DNA of 64,000 nt from assembly GCA_951406725.2 (NCBI GenBank), contig OX597817.1, positions 125,550,001 to 125,614,000 on the forward strand, in the 5' to 3' direction. The notes under the pieces are model-generated. The model saw only the letters and a list, made by a program, of their open reading frames with translations. It searched no databases and was not told the origin of the DNA. The stretch is from Octopus vulgaris (lineage: Eukaryota). The translations under genes were made by a program, and so were the position numbers. The stretch's first letter is position 1. Every line of letters starts with the position of its first letter. Positions 13,240-26,656 of the stretch are shown in pieces.

Positions 13240-13600
13240 CCTCATCACATCAGATTCCTCTCTTACCAAGATTTTGTTTCAACTTTTTGTGCTCAATCAT
13301 TCTGGTTTCTAAATATGCTATCATGTTTCTTTCTAGACTTTGTATATTCTCTGTAATCACAATTCATTTACTAATACCATACAACATTGCACTATCTACC
13401 AAAGTATCATACAGTCCACCTTTCAACCAGATAAAGAATCTCTTTGTCATCTGCAGATAAATAGCTACCTGCAATATTTCCACCCCATTATTACTTTTAC
13501 TTTTATATTTTCTTCCTTCACTGCTAATTGTGAGAAAGCTGAGCCTTGTGAGCCAGTAATGCATTTGGAATCTGACTATTGTCAAATGAAGTGACAACTG
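13240..13600 (-). mobile_element. RTE-derived fragment
   Basis: Reverse strand LKGGLYDTLVDSAMLYG. Confidence 0.7.
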
Positions 13601-13728
13601 ATCTAGATGGAAGGAAACTGCAGAAGAAAAGAAACTAAACTAAAAATTGCATAAGAACTGATACAAGTAGATCCCAAAAGGTTGAAATTCTTTAAGAGAA
13701 CAAATAGTTGCTGCAAGGAAACATAGAG

Positions 13729-13885
13729 GTCAGAGTAAGGACAGATTAGGAAGCTGTTAATCTGCAGATGAGAAAGAAATTTTTATATGAATGAAAGGCA
13801 GAGTGTACGATACTGTTGTAAGAAGTGAGATGTGGCATGGTAACAAAATATGAATAGTGATTACAGAGAATGTGCTGGAGAACAC
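13729..13885 (+). mobile_element. RTE-derived fragment, inverted partner of 15352-15523
   Basis: MKGRVYDTVVRSEMWHG; reverse complement closely matches 15352-15523. Confidence 0.8.
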
Positions 13886-14289
13886 ATGTGCAATTCATAT
13901 ACATCTGGATAAACAGATGTAAAGCATTGTGTTTCTGCTGTTATCATCTGATTCTCATAATTTTTGCCTTAATGCTTACTTTTCCATGCTTATGTAGGTC
14001 ATTATTAATTCATTGTGGCACATATTCTATAACCAGATGCTCTGTCTGTCACCAACTTTAACCTATTTCCATAAAACATAATGTTTTCTCTTGTTCAAAC
14101 ACAAACAGCATAATGTTGATGATTATTTTTTTCATGATTGCAAACAAATGACACCACATGTATGATGTGACAATTGTTTACAATCATCATGAAATAAAAA
14201 GGGGAAGGAGATGCACACATACACATAGTATGTACGTATGTATGTATGTATGTATGTATGTATGTATGTATGTATGTATGTATGTATGT

Positions 14290-14845
14290 CATTGTTTTAT
14301 TTCATGATTTTTTGCCAATAGAGAAAGGGTCAGTTTCTAACCTAGATCCAAGACTCCTTCAGTGGAATATTAACAACATAAAGAGGGTATTTTGTATGTA
14401 TGTATGTATATATTTATGTATGTATATGTGCAGATTCATATGTTCTGTTTTATGTATGTATTCTCATATCATATAGTTGCAGATCTAGACGTGCTCATAT
14501 ATACTTAAATTATAAACTTCTGGAAATTTTTACAGACTTTTACAGTTCCAGTGATGGACTGGATCTGTAGTCTTCAAATCAGCTTTCTCCTTTTTGGTTC
14601 TGAGAAACCTAACTTCTTGAGATTCATATTTAGGCAGTGCTTTACATATCACCGGACCCCAATAATTACAGGTATAAACTTGAACTTGTAATCTGGATAG
14701 AGTAGCTGTAGATTACTCAATAGTTCAGCATAGGTAATTTTTTTCGTTGATCTGTTGATCTTTAAATTTATTTTAACATCCATTGGCAGATGATTTTCAC
14801 AACTATACACAGTTTCTCTTCTCTACCCCAAATTGTTATGTCAGG
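14290..14845 (-). mobile_element. R4/Dong-like LINE 3' end (restriction-like endonuclease domain) in (CATA)n
   Basis: Reverse strand PDITIWGREEKLCIVV...YAELLSNLQLLYPDYKFKFIPVIIG...QIQSITGTVKVCKNFQKFII*; (TATG)n on both flanks. Confidence 0.8.
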
Positions 14846-15099
14846 TATGTATGTATGTATGTGCTTCTGGTAACATATAATCCAGTACAACCTGCTGCAT
14901 GGTTAGACCATTGGCAAACAAACTGGCAACCCCACTAAGCTTACTCAGTAAGGAGAATGACTGGGTACCCAGTAGGATGAAAAGCAAAACCTATCAAAAG
15001 ACAGATGAATTTATTAATGTCAATTGCTATCTAATACTGCTTACACATACATGTATATATATATATTAACATATATGTATACACACACACACATATGTA

Positions 15100-15319
15100 A
15101 ACCAAAAGGTACTGAAAATTCTTGGCTTTAGGTAAAAGAAAATAAAGGAGAGTCAGTTAATTAAGATTCTATTCAACATATTCCTGTATCAGATTCATAC
15201 ACTTATTGGCAGCGGTCCTTCAGTTTTTCTAAGCTTTGTAAAATGACTCAGAAGATTGATCCTTCAACCAGGCCTTTTGCAATACCCTTAAAGCCTGGAA
15301 CTTTTCAGCACCCCCTCGT
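15100..15319. mobile_element. Mariner-derived MITE
   Basis: Inverted ends aggtactgaaaattcttggcttta / taaagcctggaacttttcagcaccccctcgt. Confidence 0.65.
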
Positions 15320-15351
15320 TTTTGTGGTGTGTGTGTATATACATATATATA

Positions 15352-15523
15352 TGTTCTCCAGCACATTCTCTGTTATCACTATTCATATTTTGTTACCATG
15401 CCACGCTACACCACACTTCTTACAACAGTATCATACACTCTGCCTTTCATTCATATACAAGTTTATTTCTCATCTGCAGATTAACAGCTTTCTGATCTTT
15501 TCTCACCCTGTCCTTACTCTGAC
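15352..15523 (-). mobile_element. RTE-derived fragment
   Basis: Inverted copy of 13729-13885. Confidence 0.8.
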
Positions 15524-18500
15524 TACTATATATATATGTGTGTGTGTGTGCGTGTTTGTATGTGTTGAGAAGTAGAAATACTTGGGTTGGTATCGGTGAT
15601 GATGATGATGATGATGATGATGACGAGGAGAAGGAAGGAGGAAGGAGAGGTGGTGGAAGATATATATAATTTATAAAGGAACTGGTTCTATAAAGAGCCT
15701 CTAGAAATAGCAGCTATAGCTGCCTAAATTCATACTCCAATATACTGAGAAAGAATGAAATTGATTTTGTAGTGCTGGATACCTGATGCATTATAAAAGA
15801 AAGACATCTGGAACATCTTGGTTGATATGTTTGTCTAATCAGTAGTGACCTCAGGCTAAACAACAAACATTACATCAAATATGAATATTTTTGTTGAAAC
15901 CATTTTTATATGATTAAAATTTCAAAAGAAATACATACTACTGAATTATATCTCACATTTTACTTTATACATACAAGATCTGCAACCTAAAATAAAGTGA
16001 AAATTGAATTTAAAAATTGTAATTTAAAAACATTTAAATAGAATATTTTGTGTTGTATAAAAGAGCTAATTTTATGTTGGTAACTGTTTAATTTAATTTG
16101 GGGTTGCATAGAAGAGAATTGCAAACATTTTTAGTCACAATCTATTTTGATTTTGTGTAAGCTTTCCATTTTTAACTATCGTATATATATCTTGGTGTTC
16201 TTGATTTTTAATCAACTTCAAACAAAAAAAAAAAAAAAATCAACAACTTTTTCAAATTCAGTTTCAACAAAACTTAAGTGTGAATAATTTTATTTAGATT
16301 ACAAAGGAAAATACATATTAAAAGGTGTGTGTTTTGTGTAAAAAAAAAAAATAATACGAAATTTTTAAATATAAGAAAAAGCAAAGAATATGCATATATA
16401 CTGGTGACTGATCTCTATTTTGGTTCTTTCTGGACTGCAGTATATTGATTACATGAAGTCAATATTATTAGAATTGTGTAAATAAAATCAAAAACAAAAT
16501 AACTAAATCTAGAATAAAATGAGAGAGCTTTGAAATAAACTTAATATTATTGATCTACAGTAAGTCAATATCACATGTTGGGAGAAAATAATACAAACAC
16601 GAAGATATAATTTTGCATGAGAATCAATCAACCTTACACATGTAAACTGAATTATGGTTATTCAAAAATCTGTGAAGTGTTATTAAATCATAGATTACTT
16701 ATGTGATAATTTTTGTGAAAGATAAATCTCAGAAACATTGAACAATATTTGAGTTGATGATGTTTAGCCCTAGGACATCCCTCACCCAATAGATCTATAA
16801 TCAAAATGTATTCTAGCCATGATCATTTCGTTTTCTCCACTGAACAGAGAACTTTGGAACACATTATCCAATGGACATGTTCTTTAAGATCATAAGGTGC
16901 GATTTCAAGAACATTTGGTCCTTGTTATCTCTAGTGGATGGAATGGTAATATATAGGTACCCTACATCACTGAATTGGACCATAATGCAATATAATGGTG
17001 GTATTTATGTTTTGATAGTGGTGTTTATATTTGATAATTTGGGCTATTGACTTAAGGCCAGACATTATTTATGTGAGGGATGCAATCAATTAGGCTAACC
17101 TCATTATTGTAATAATTCAATGAAACATGAAAAACAAAATTTAACACCACCTCTAGTAGGGGGACTTGATCTCTGAATGTAAAATGGTAAAACTATATTC
17201 CATCAAATACCATTTATTTATATAATTGCACAGATTAATGATGCCAGCACATTTTTGATGTTAGAATATCAAGTTTTATCTTCTAAAAAATAATCCTGTT
17301 ATTAAAGCATTACATCCCATTTATTTCAATTCCTAATCAAAAGCTCACGAAATGTTTTTTATACAATGACATTGTTGAGAGATGTTTTACTTTACAAAGT
17401 ATATTCTATGTTACCTAAAAAAACACAATTTTGAATTCTTGATTAGTAGAAGTTTTCTATTGCCCTGTGTTTCACCACCACCTAACCCTTGAGTACTTTT
17501 GGTGGAACTCATTCTATTGCAAGCATTTGGGCCAGATTTCTGGTTTCAGGTAACATTTGCTCTTCTTTCCTCCAGTCTTGGAGCACCTGTCAGCAATAAA
17601 AGGTTTGTTACTGCTTTTTCCTTCATGCGTAAGCAATAAAAAGATTTGTCAACTAATAAAACTTACAAGTACCTGCCCATAGACAATTGTTCAAATCCAC
17701 TGCAAATATTTCGTTCATGTTTTGAATACTGCATTTAATTATGTGTGCCATACTTCATCTAGCAGTCAAGAATAAATAACAGTTTCATGAATATGTCACA
17801 GAATATAATATCTCTCTACATGTGAGATAAGGATAACCAACCACATAGGATAATGGACTGCTGGCTAAGAGATTAGCAGTCATGTTCAGATTTATTTATC
17901 ACAGCATAGTCTCTTTGGTCAAGACATTTAGCTCTTAATTATTCAATTTGATTTTCTAAAAATAAGTAGCATTGGTAATTACATTGAATTGCCTAATAAA
18001 TATTAAGTTGTCTGTTAGCTTGTAGTGCTGGGTTCATTTCCTCAAGTGAAGCTGATTCAGACTGTTAATAGTTCATGTTTAACTCATCTTACATATGGAC
18101 CAGCTTCCACCATGATGTAGGGATAGATGGTCACCAATTCTCTATCCAAAGGAAGATCTATATCTTTCCTGATTAATACCATGGAACCACAGCAATGAAT
18201 CAGTTTTTAAGAGTGTATTGCAATTACTTTATTTACAATGAAATTTTATTTAACCTTTTAAGCAACATCTCAAACGTATACATTTGAAAATAAAATTAAC
18301 CAGAACACATCTGATTGCTCTATTTTACTTTAATGAGCAGGAGAAAATTCATTTCTTTTTAATATATGCTGCAGTAATTTTAATTAAAATTCAACTGTAT
18401 ATTCATATCTAATCTAGCTTTTATATATATTTGGTTGTTAAAAGGAGAAAATCATAATTCCAAAATGTGGTTTGAACCTCACCATTTGTTATTAACTGCT

Positions 18501-19094
18501 ATTAAATAAGGAATGAATTAAATATAGTTCAACAGTTGAATTTAATTATCATTACTAGAAAGTAAATGAAGAAGAGAAGAAAAAATATTCTTCCCATCAT
18601 TAAAATAAAATGGATGAACTAATCAGTGGTATTAAAAAGAATCCCAGCTCTCTTCCATTATGAGTTCCCTAAAGGAATATGGTGGCCTGCTTTTATATTT
18701 TCATATGAACGTGATGTCCAGAGAAATGTGGTGATGAAAGTGTATATGGGCAGGTGCAAGTACGCACACACACACACACACACATGCACACGCACACAAA
18801 TACCTTCAAAGAAGATTTTTTCAGTAAACATAATTCATAAATTAATCAAAATACTTTTGCTTCCATTTTAATATTACATAATTATATATAAATTCGAATG
18901 AGAAAAATATTTCCTATCTAATAACAACCTAATTTTATATTTGATGTATTATTAATGAATATTATTTGTAAATGTTGCTGTAAATCACATATGACACATA
19001 CTGCTCAATGCTTCTTTGCCTGAACACTGGCCCCTTTGGAACTGTTTTCTCATCTATATTTTTCCCTTATATTTCTTTTCTTTCTATTTCACTA

Positions 19095-19310
19095 CTAGAG
19101 TGGGGAGCAGGCAGAATTGTTATCAAACCAAACAAAATGCTTAGCAGTATTTCATCCATCTCTATGTTCTAAGTTCAAATTCTTTTGCAGTCAACTTATC
19201 CTTCCATATTTTTGGAGTTGATGAAATAAGTACCAGTTAAGCACTGGGGGTCAATCTAATTGTCCAGCTGCTTCTCCCAAAATTTCAGGCTTAGTGCCTA
19301 TAGTGGAAAG
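19095..19310 (+). mobile_element. Degenerate SINE family C
   Basis: gcaggcagaattgtta...gttcaaattc...aagtaccagtt...cactgggg. Confidence 0.7.
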
Positions 19311-20029
19311 AATTTCTGATCTTCCTTACTTCACACAACATAAAACAAGCAGCTATTGCTACATGTACTTATTTCTACCCAATTGTCTAAGTAGATGAAT
19401 TATTACCATGGGTTCTACTCACACTTTGTAAAATTGAATGCAAAAAAAAAACCCTCATTTTTATCTTTCCATTTCAGTGGATTTACTGTATTAAGAAGTT
19501 TGATCCTAATATTTTTATAATTAAGAAAGACAGATCTCCCATTTTTAGAAATCAATTTAGTTACAAAAATTTTTTCTCTAGTGTAAGACACATGAATGTC
19601 ACTTTTGATTTCAACCACCTAAATTAGAATTAAAACAAAAAATTTGCTAAATATTTAAAGCGACAGGAATTAAAGCTGTTAAAGTTAATGCTATGCTTAT
19701 ACATGATTACTTTCAAGTAGGAAGATGTTTTCAATTACATATTATTACTTACTTCCCCAAACTGCACTTTAATGAGGTGAACGATAAAGAATATAAGAAA
19801 ATGAGTTTCCTGAAAATTTGTTAATTTAAAAATATCCTACATTAAAGTCTAATTTTCAATATTTTATTTGGAAACTTTCTCTTCATACTTAAAATGATTC
19901 TGGAAGACCTTGGGTTATGAATATCAAAATTTTACATATAATAACTAAATGATTTCCATATTTGAAGTTTACCTGTTGTATATCACATTGCAAAATATCA
20001 CCCACATTTATAAGTTCTTTATATTTAAT

Positions 20030-20210
20030 CCTTTTTATCATAGCCTGAAATTTTGGGGGTAAATGGAGCTTATCGATTACATTGACCCTAGTGCTCAACT
20101 GGTACTTATTGCATAGACCTTGGTGGAATTTGCACTCAGAACATAAAGACAGGCAAAATGCTGCAAAGCAATTGGTTTAGCATGCTAGTGATTCTGCCTG
20201 CTCGCCACCA
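20030..20210 (-). mobile_element. Degenerate SINE family C
   Basis: Reverse complement of the family C head and body. Confidence 0.7.
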
Positions 20211-21014
20211 TATTTCAGCATGTTTAGTAATATGACCTTAATGCTGTCATAAAGACAAAAATAAATAAATGCAAAAAAAAAAAATCATATTGCAGTAACA
20301 CAATATGAAATAGATTTAGTTTAGAGCTTAACCAGTGAAGGACCTCTTCTAAAATCTCAGTTCATATCTCATATAATGAGAAAGATTTTTGTCATTCACA
20401 TTTCACTTTAGCCTAAAGCTAAAGAAAGGAAACACTTGGCCAGGGTGTCACAAAGTTGGATTTAGCCTAAGACAATGCGGTGTTGAATCAAACATCCTAA
20501 CAGATCAACCATGCTGGCACTTCTGTAGCATCATCATCATCATCATCATCATAATTATCATTTAATATCTCTCTTCTATGCTGGTGTGGGTTGAACAATT
20601 TAACAGAATTCAGTGAGACACAAGGCAGTTTCAAGCTGTGATGTATATTATCATATGACTCTTTTATAGCTACTATACATGCATGATTTATGTTGATCAT
20701 CATCATCGTTTAGCATCCGTTTTCCATGCTAGCATGGGTTGGACGGTTCAACTGGGGTCTGTGAAGCCGGAAGGCTTCATCAGGCCCAGTCAGATCTGGC
20801 AGTGTTTCTATGGCTGGATGCCCTTCCTAACGCCAACCACTCCATGTATATAAATATATATGATTCAGTTACATTGATTGAATATCTTATGCATTCGGGA
20901 ATTTGTTTGACTGCCTAGGATTTCTGTTTTCACTTTCCTCAACTCTGTATTTTTTACACACACACAGACACACACACATATATATATATCTATATATATA
21001 TATATATATGTACA

Positions 21015-21053
<39 letters not shown>

Positions 21054-21244
21054 GAATATGTGTGTGCGTGTGTGTGTACATATATATAAATATATATACA
21101 TACACATACACATACATATATGTAAATACTTACACACACTCACACACACATATATATCATCTTCTTATTTGTAACGTTCAATACACATTTCAACGCTTCT
21201 AATAAAAACAAATATTTGTTTACATTTATACACACAAATACTGG

Positions 21245-21420
21245 TAATTTTTCCTTCTTTCTCTTTGGACTTTTCTCTTTCTGATGAAGAACTATGCTTG
21301 AAATGTTAACAACTCTCTACCTTCACCAAGCATCAAATTAATATATTTCTTGTGCATGTTCACATGCTCGTTTTTTTTCTCTTTTCTTTTTTCTCTGTTT
21401 TTTAATTGCTTGTTCTTTGA
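21245..21420 (+). mobile_element. PLE terminal-repeat remnant with decayed minimal hammerhead
   Basis: ctgatgaagaactatgcttgaaatgt at ~21280-21306 in a pyrimidine-rich context. Confidence 0.5.
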
Positions 21421-21829
21421 ATTGACATCTCACACACACATACAGCTATTAATAGCAGCATGTAAATATTGGGTTGAAAAATTCTTTTAAAATAAAAAGT
21501 CAGAGTTGATCATGAAACTTGAACCTGTATCTCTTGTAGACAGAAGACACAAGCTTGACTCATATAAAGAGTTTTCGACTTTTTCTACACAAAAGGAATT
21601 TTCAGCCCATTATTTACATGCTATCATTTATAGCTCTATATCTTTTTGGTGGGTTTATAAAATAATTAACAAATGAGCACTGGGGTAAGTGATTTACCTG
21701 CTCTCTTGAAACTGCTGAACTTGAGCTAATATTTGAGACCATTGCTTATAGTTTTATATGTACTTCAAGACCCAGTTCCAAAAAAAGAATTATTTTATGT
21801 TTCTTGAACATTTATAAGTTATTTTATAT

Positions 21830-22230
21830 CAATTCTATATCCCTATCCCCATACTTGCATAATTCAGTTGGGTCCTCCCAATACAGCATCCTGCATCGTG
21901 GCAAACCAAGCTCAGTTTTTACCACTTTCTTTTCCACATACTCAATCCACATGAAACTCCTGACACTTCATCCCATACCTGTCATTTTCCATATGAATAA
22001 CCTCATACCATGCAGCTGTCTTTCATGCATTCATGCACACTAATATTACTCATGCAACACATGATATTTGCTTCATGTCTTTCCAAACTTCACAAACTCT
22101 CTGCACTTAAGTTTGCACACAAGTATCATAAAATCATGCTTTCTTACTTGGCAAGAGAATCCCTTCTTTCACAGCTGATTAGGTTTCCTAGGTTACAAAA
22201 GCTATCAACAATATCTATAGAACCTTCATA
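21830..22230 (-). mobile_element. Decayed RTE fragments
   Basis: Reverse strand IDIVDSFCNLGNLIS and LHGMRLFIW-like remnants. Confidence 0.6.
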
Positions 22231-23844
22231 TGTATTTGCACATATGTATGTTCGCATGTATATTTGAATGAATGTATGGATGTATATATGTGTGTGTATA
22301 TATACGCACACACACACACACACACATATAATATGGGTGTGTATGTGCATGCTTGTGTGTGCTTACGCACACGTGTGTCTAAACAAATACAAGCTCTGAT
22401 ATGTGTCTCTGTATTATTTTGGTACACATAAATATCCTTTCTACATTTGCTTAACAAGAGATTTTCAGTGAAACCCTCTTGAAATATTTATTGGTAATTG
22501 AACCTCACAAGTTACAAAGAAGCATGAACTTGTTATATAGTAGTACATGTATTCACTTACACAGAAACATACATATTTCTTATAAAAGTCATTGTTATTC
22601 ATTTCTTATAGATAACATGCATTACAAGGATACCCCACATTCTGACTACCTCAGGCTAATGGATTCCTACATATGGAAATTGTAAACTATGACCAGTAAT
22701 TCTAAAGATATGGTCTGTAATTTCCCTCTTATGGAAATTCCTTATTGCATAGTTTTAAATTGTTAACAATTTAAAACAATACTTTCCGCTTAGCTCAATG
22801 GCCACTTACACTTTAGTTAAGATCAAAGTATATAGTTAATGATTTTGGAAATTTTTTATCACATTACACTCATGCATACACACACACACATGTAATGTGA
22901 GTATATATATATGAATAGCCTTTGTGTAAACCACTGGTTCATTTTTTTCTCTTACTTTATTATCATCTTATAATCATCTCATAATAATGACCTTTATAAC
23001 TCGTATTACTACCACAGTCAATCTAAATGTATATATTTGTCACTACCTGTCATAAAGAGCCTTTTTCTATTTGCAATATGCATTTTCGTTGATTTTTCAT
23101 ATTTTACCCTTACATTTCCACATGTATTTTATATTTTCTTTTCGTAACATATTTCTACCATATATATATATATATACAGACATACATATATACAGACATA
23201 CATATATACATACATGCATGGCATTAGGAAGAGCATTCAACAGTAGAAACCATGCCAAATCAGACTAGAGTCTGGTGGAACCCCTCAGCATACCAACCCT
23301 GGTCAAACTGTCCAACCCATACCAGCATGGACAACAGACGTTATATGATGATGATGATGATGATATATGTATATATATATAAATGAATGTGTATGTATGT
23401 GTTCATGTACATATATGTGTGTGCATGTGTGTTTCTGTCATCATCACAAACACAACCACTATCAGCAATAATACTATACAGTGTGAAGTAGATAAGCAAA
23501 TCCATTTCAAATATAAACATATAATAAGTGTACCCTAGTGTATTTTAAAATTTAATAAAATTTCTTTGATCTTAGGTCTATGAAGATGGACTTGAGACCA
23601 AACAGCCACTACAATACAAGAAGCAAGAATTACAACAATACCTGCCCATTATCACTAGCATCTAAACCAATGTATCCCACATCACTCTCCACTGTTAACC
23701 CACCAACTTTTGAATCCAGATAGCTACAACAGACATGAGCATGTACGCCAACATATGCATGTGTATGTGTGTGTGAATGTTTGTGTAAGTGTGTGTGTGT
23801 GTGTGTGTGTGTATATATTTATACCTTAAATCAGAAGTTCAAGG

Positions 23845-24640
23845 GGCAAATTGTCTATAAAATCTGGCGAATCTTCTTTTCAATAATGCGCAGATCCACC
23901 AAGCAAATGTAGATTATCCTTCTAATAATGTGAGAGTAGAATATTTCCCCAAGAATACAACTTCTTTATTTCAGCCTATGGATCAAGGTGTGATAGTAAA
24001 CTTCAAGCCATATTATATGAGAACTTGTAAACAATATATGAAAGCAATTTACAGTTAGAGATTTCTGGAAGCCATACAACATAATGGATGCTGTGGATAA
24101 TATAACTGAGTGATGGGTTGAAGTGAATCCTTCACTTTTGAAAAGTGCTTCAGAAAGTATATGGCAACACTATATCTGTAACTTTGCAGGTTTCCTCAAG
24201 TAGAAACTCTACATCAAATTTATAAAGGTATTGTGAGACTTGCAAAGGATGTAGAATTTGAAAAACACATAGAGGATGATGTGAACGAATTGATAATGTC
24301 CAAGAAAGAAAGGAGCTGATGTTGGAAAAAGAACAAGCCAACAATACAGATAAGGGAATGAAAGTTCCACCTACACTAATTAAATTGGCAACAAAAATTA
24401 TTACTAAAGGGATGGCACTTATAGGGCAAAGCCTGCAGGTTTTTGCTGATACTGATCCTTATCGTGAATGTAACATAAAAATTACAAGAGTTTAGTTCCT
24501 ATACTGAGCTCAACACAGTGATGATGTGTCATAAACAACAAACAACTTTGGATACGTTCTTCACCCCTCAAGCTGATGTTCCAGATAATAAGCTATAAGA
24601 TAGTATTTGTTGCCCTTCAGCTTCCCAGTAAAACTCAACC
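23845..24640 (+). mobile_element. Tigger/pogo (DDE_1) transposase pseudogene
   Basis: LLFNNAQIHQ...VEYFPKNTTSLFQPMDQGVIVNFKPYY, then FWKPYNIMDAVDNI; frameshifted. Confidence 0.9.
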
Positions 24641-24728
24641 ACCACCACCAACCCTCACACAGTAGTCAAAATCTTTTGTGGTAAGAATATATTTTTATGA
24701 CATTATGATTCATATTAGTTCCATAAAG

Positions 24729-24939
24729 TTACTCGTTTACTCTTTTGCTTGTTTCAGTCATTTGACTGTGGCCATGCTGGAGCACCGCCTTTAGTCGAGC
24801 AAATTGACCCCAGGACTTATTCTTTGTAAGCCTAGTACTTATTCTTTTGGCCTCTTTTATCGAACCGCTAAATTACAGGGATGTAAACACACCACCATCG
24901 ATGTTGGGGGAACAAACACAAACACATAAATACACACTC

Positions 24940-24976
<37 letters not shown>

Positions 24977-25138
24977 TACGACAGACTTCCTTCAGATTCC
25001 GTCTATCAAATTCACTCACAAGGCTTTGGTCGGCCCAAGGCTATAGTAGAAGACACTTGCCCAAGATGCCACACAGTGGGAATGAACCCGAAACAATGTG
25101 GTTGGTAAGCAAGCTACTTACCACAACACCACTCGCCT
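24729..25138 (-). mobile_element. SINE family B
   Basis: Reverse complement of 2591-2996. Confidence 0.9.
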
Positions 25139-25357
25139 AATGTTACTGTAAATCAAAACAAAAAGATCATCAGTATTGACACAGTGGGTTACGAAATATA
25201 ATTCATTCACCATTCAGACAGTCTGTGGTGTAATCAGTAACAATGATTAAAGAAATGTGATCAATTTAAGGTAATAATCAATTAGAATTTATGGTTTTTT
25301 ATTCCATCATGAAACTTCAGCATGGCTACAGCCATGTCGCTAATATCATAAATCGTA

Positions 25358-25740
25358 AAGGCGGCGGGCTGGCAGAAGCGTTAGCACACCGCGCGAAATG
25401 CTAAATGGTATTTCGTCTGCGGTTACGTTCAGAGTTCAAATTCCGCCGAGGTCAACTTTGCCTTTTATCCTTTCGGGGTCGATATAATTGACTTAATCCG
25501 TCTGTCTGTCCTTGTTTGCCTCCTCAGTGTTTAGCCCCTTGTGGGTAGTAAAGAAATAGGTATTTTGTCTGCTGCTACTTTCTGAGATCAAATTCCGCCG
25601 AGGTCGACTTTGCCTTTAATCCTTTCGGGGTCAATTATGTACCAGTTACGCACTGGGGTAGATACAATCGACTTAATCCGTTTGTCTGTCCTTGTTTGTC
25701 TCCTCTGTGTGTAGCCACTTGTGGCCAGTGAAGAAATAAT
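25358..25740 (+). mobile_element. SINE family C (aaggcggcgagctggcagaa) with tandemly duplicated body
   Basis: Body unit gtattt(c/t)gtctg...aagaaata present twice (~25408-25559, ~25560-25738). Confidence 0.9.
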
Positions 25741-26421
25741 ATAAATCGTAATATCGTACGAGTATATCCTTACAATAAAAGATATTGACTAGTGTGTGAG
25801 GTGTGGTGGTGGAATGCGTGTTACTAGGAGGAAGATGGACAATATTTACTAACTTATCGTAAGTAAATTTTTTTCATTAGTGTTACTTTTATCTTGCCCT
25901 GCATCAGCGAAGAAGGAGAACAGCTCAAATGAGCTAATGGTGCTTCTTACATTGATGATTAGCAGAGGAATCCTAGAAGATCACTAAGTTCTATCAAAAG
26001 GCTAACTGCAATATATCCATAGTGATGACGTCAATGGTTGTGTAATCAGCTAATGAAAGAGTCACAATGACTCAAGTACCCAATTCACAATAATGGGATT
26101 AGATGGTGGCAGAGGTTGTGAGTCTGAGAAAGCAGCGTAGATTGATACTTTATTATGTTTATGAGGCATGTGTGTTTCAGTGATCTAGATAGCTATGTTG
26201 GTAGAACCATAAAAACCAGACAGGTGGAAGGATATAAAGAGCAACCACTTGTCCTCTCAGCCTCATAAAGGCAGATTTGTTGTGAAATCAGCAATGAAAG
26301 AACAATACAACTGAGCAGGATGAATTTGCAGAGTTAGCTAGCTCAAAACAGAGTTGGCAAACTTTTTCTGCTGCTTTGTACAATAATAGTCCTCGAAGAA
26401 ATGTGAGTAAAGAAATGTGAG

Positions 26422-26656
26422 GGAAGGCGGCGAGCTGGCAGAATCGTTAGCATGCCGGGTGAAATGCTTATCGGTATTTTGTCTGTCGTTACGTTCTGAG
26501 TTCAAATTCCGCCGAAGTCGACTTTGCATTTCATCCTTTCGGGGTCGATAAATTAAGTACCATTTATGCACTGGGGTCGATATAATCGACTTAATCCCTT
26601 TGTCCGTCCTTGTTTGTCTCCTCTATGTTTAGCACCTTGTGGGCAATAAAGAAATA
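26422..26656 (+). mobile_element. SINE family C with TSD
   Basis: aagaaatgtgag on both flanks. Confidence 0.9.

Noticed and set aside
22785-22835. ttagttaagatcaaagta resembling the U2 snRNA 5' end
   Set aside because: Only ~18 nt with mismatches; the rest of U2 is absent
23575-23722. Plus-strand acceptor followed by a short open frame
   Set aside because: No homology recognised and no linked upstream exon
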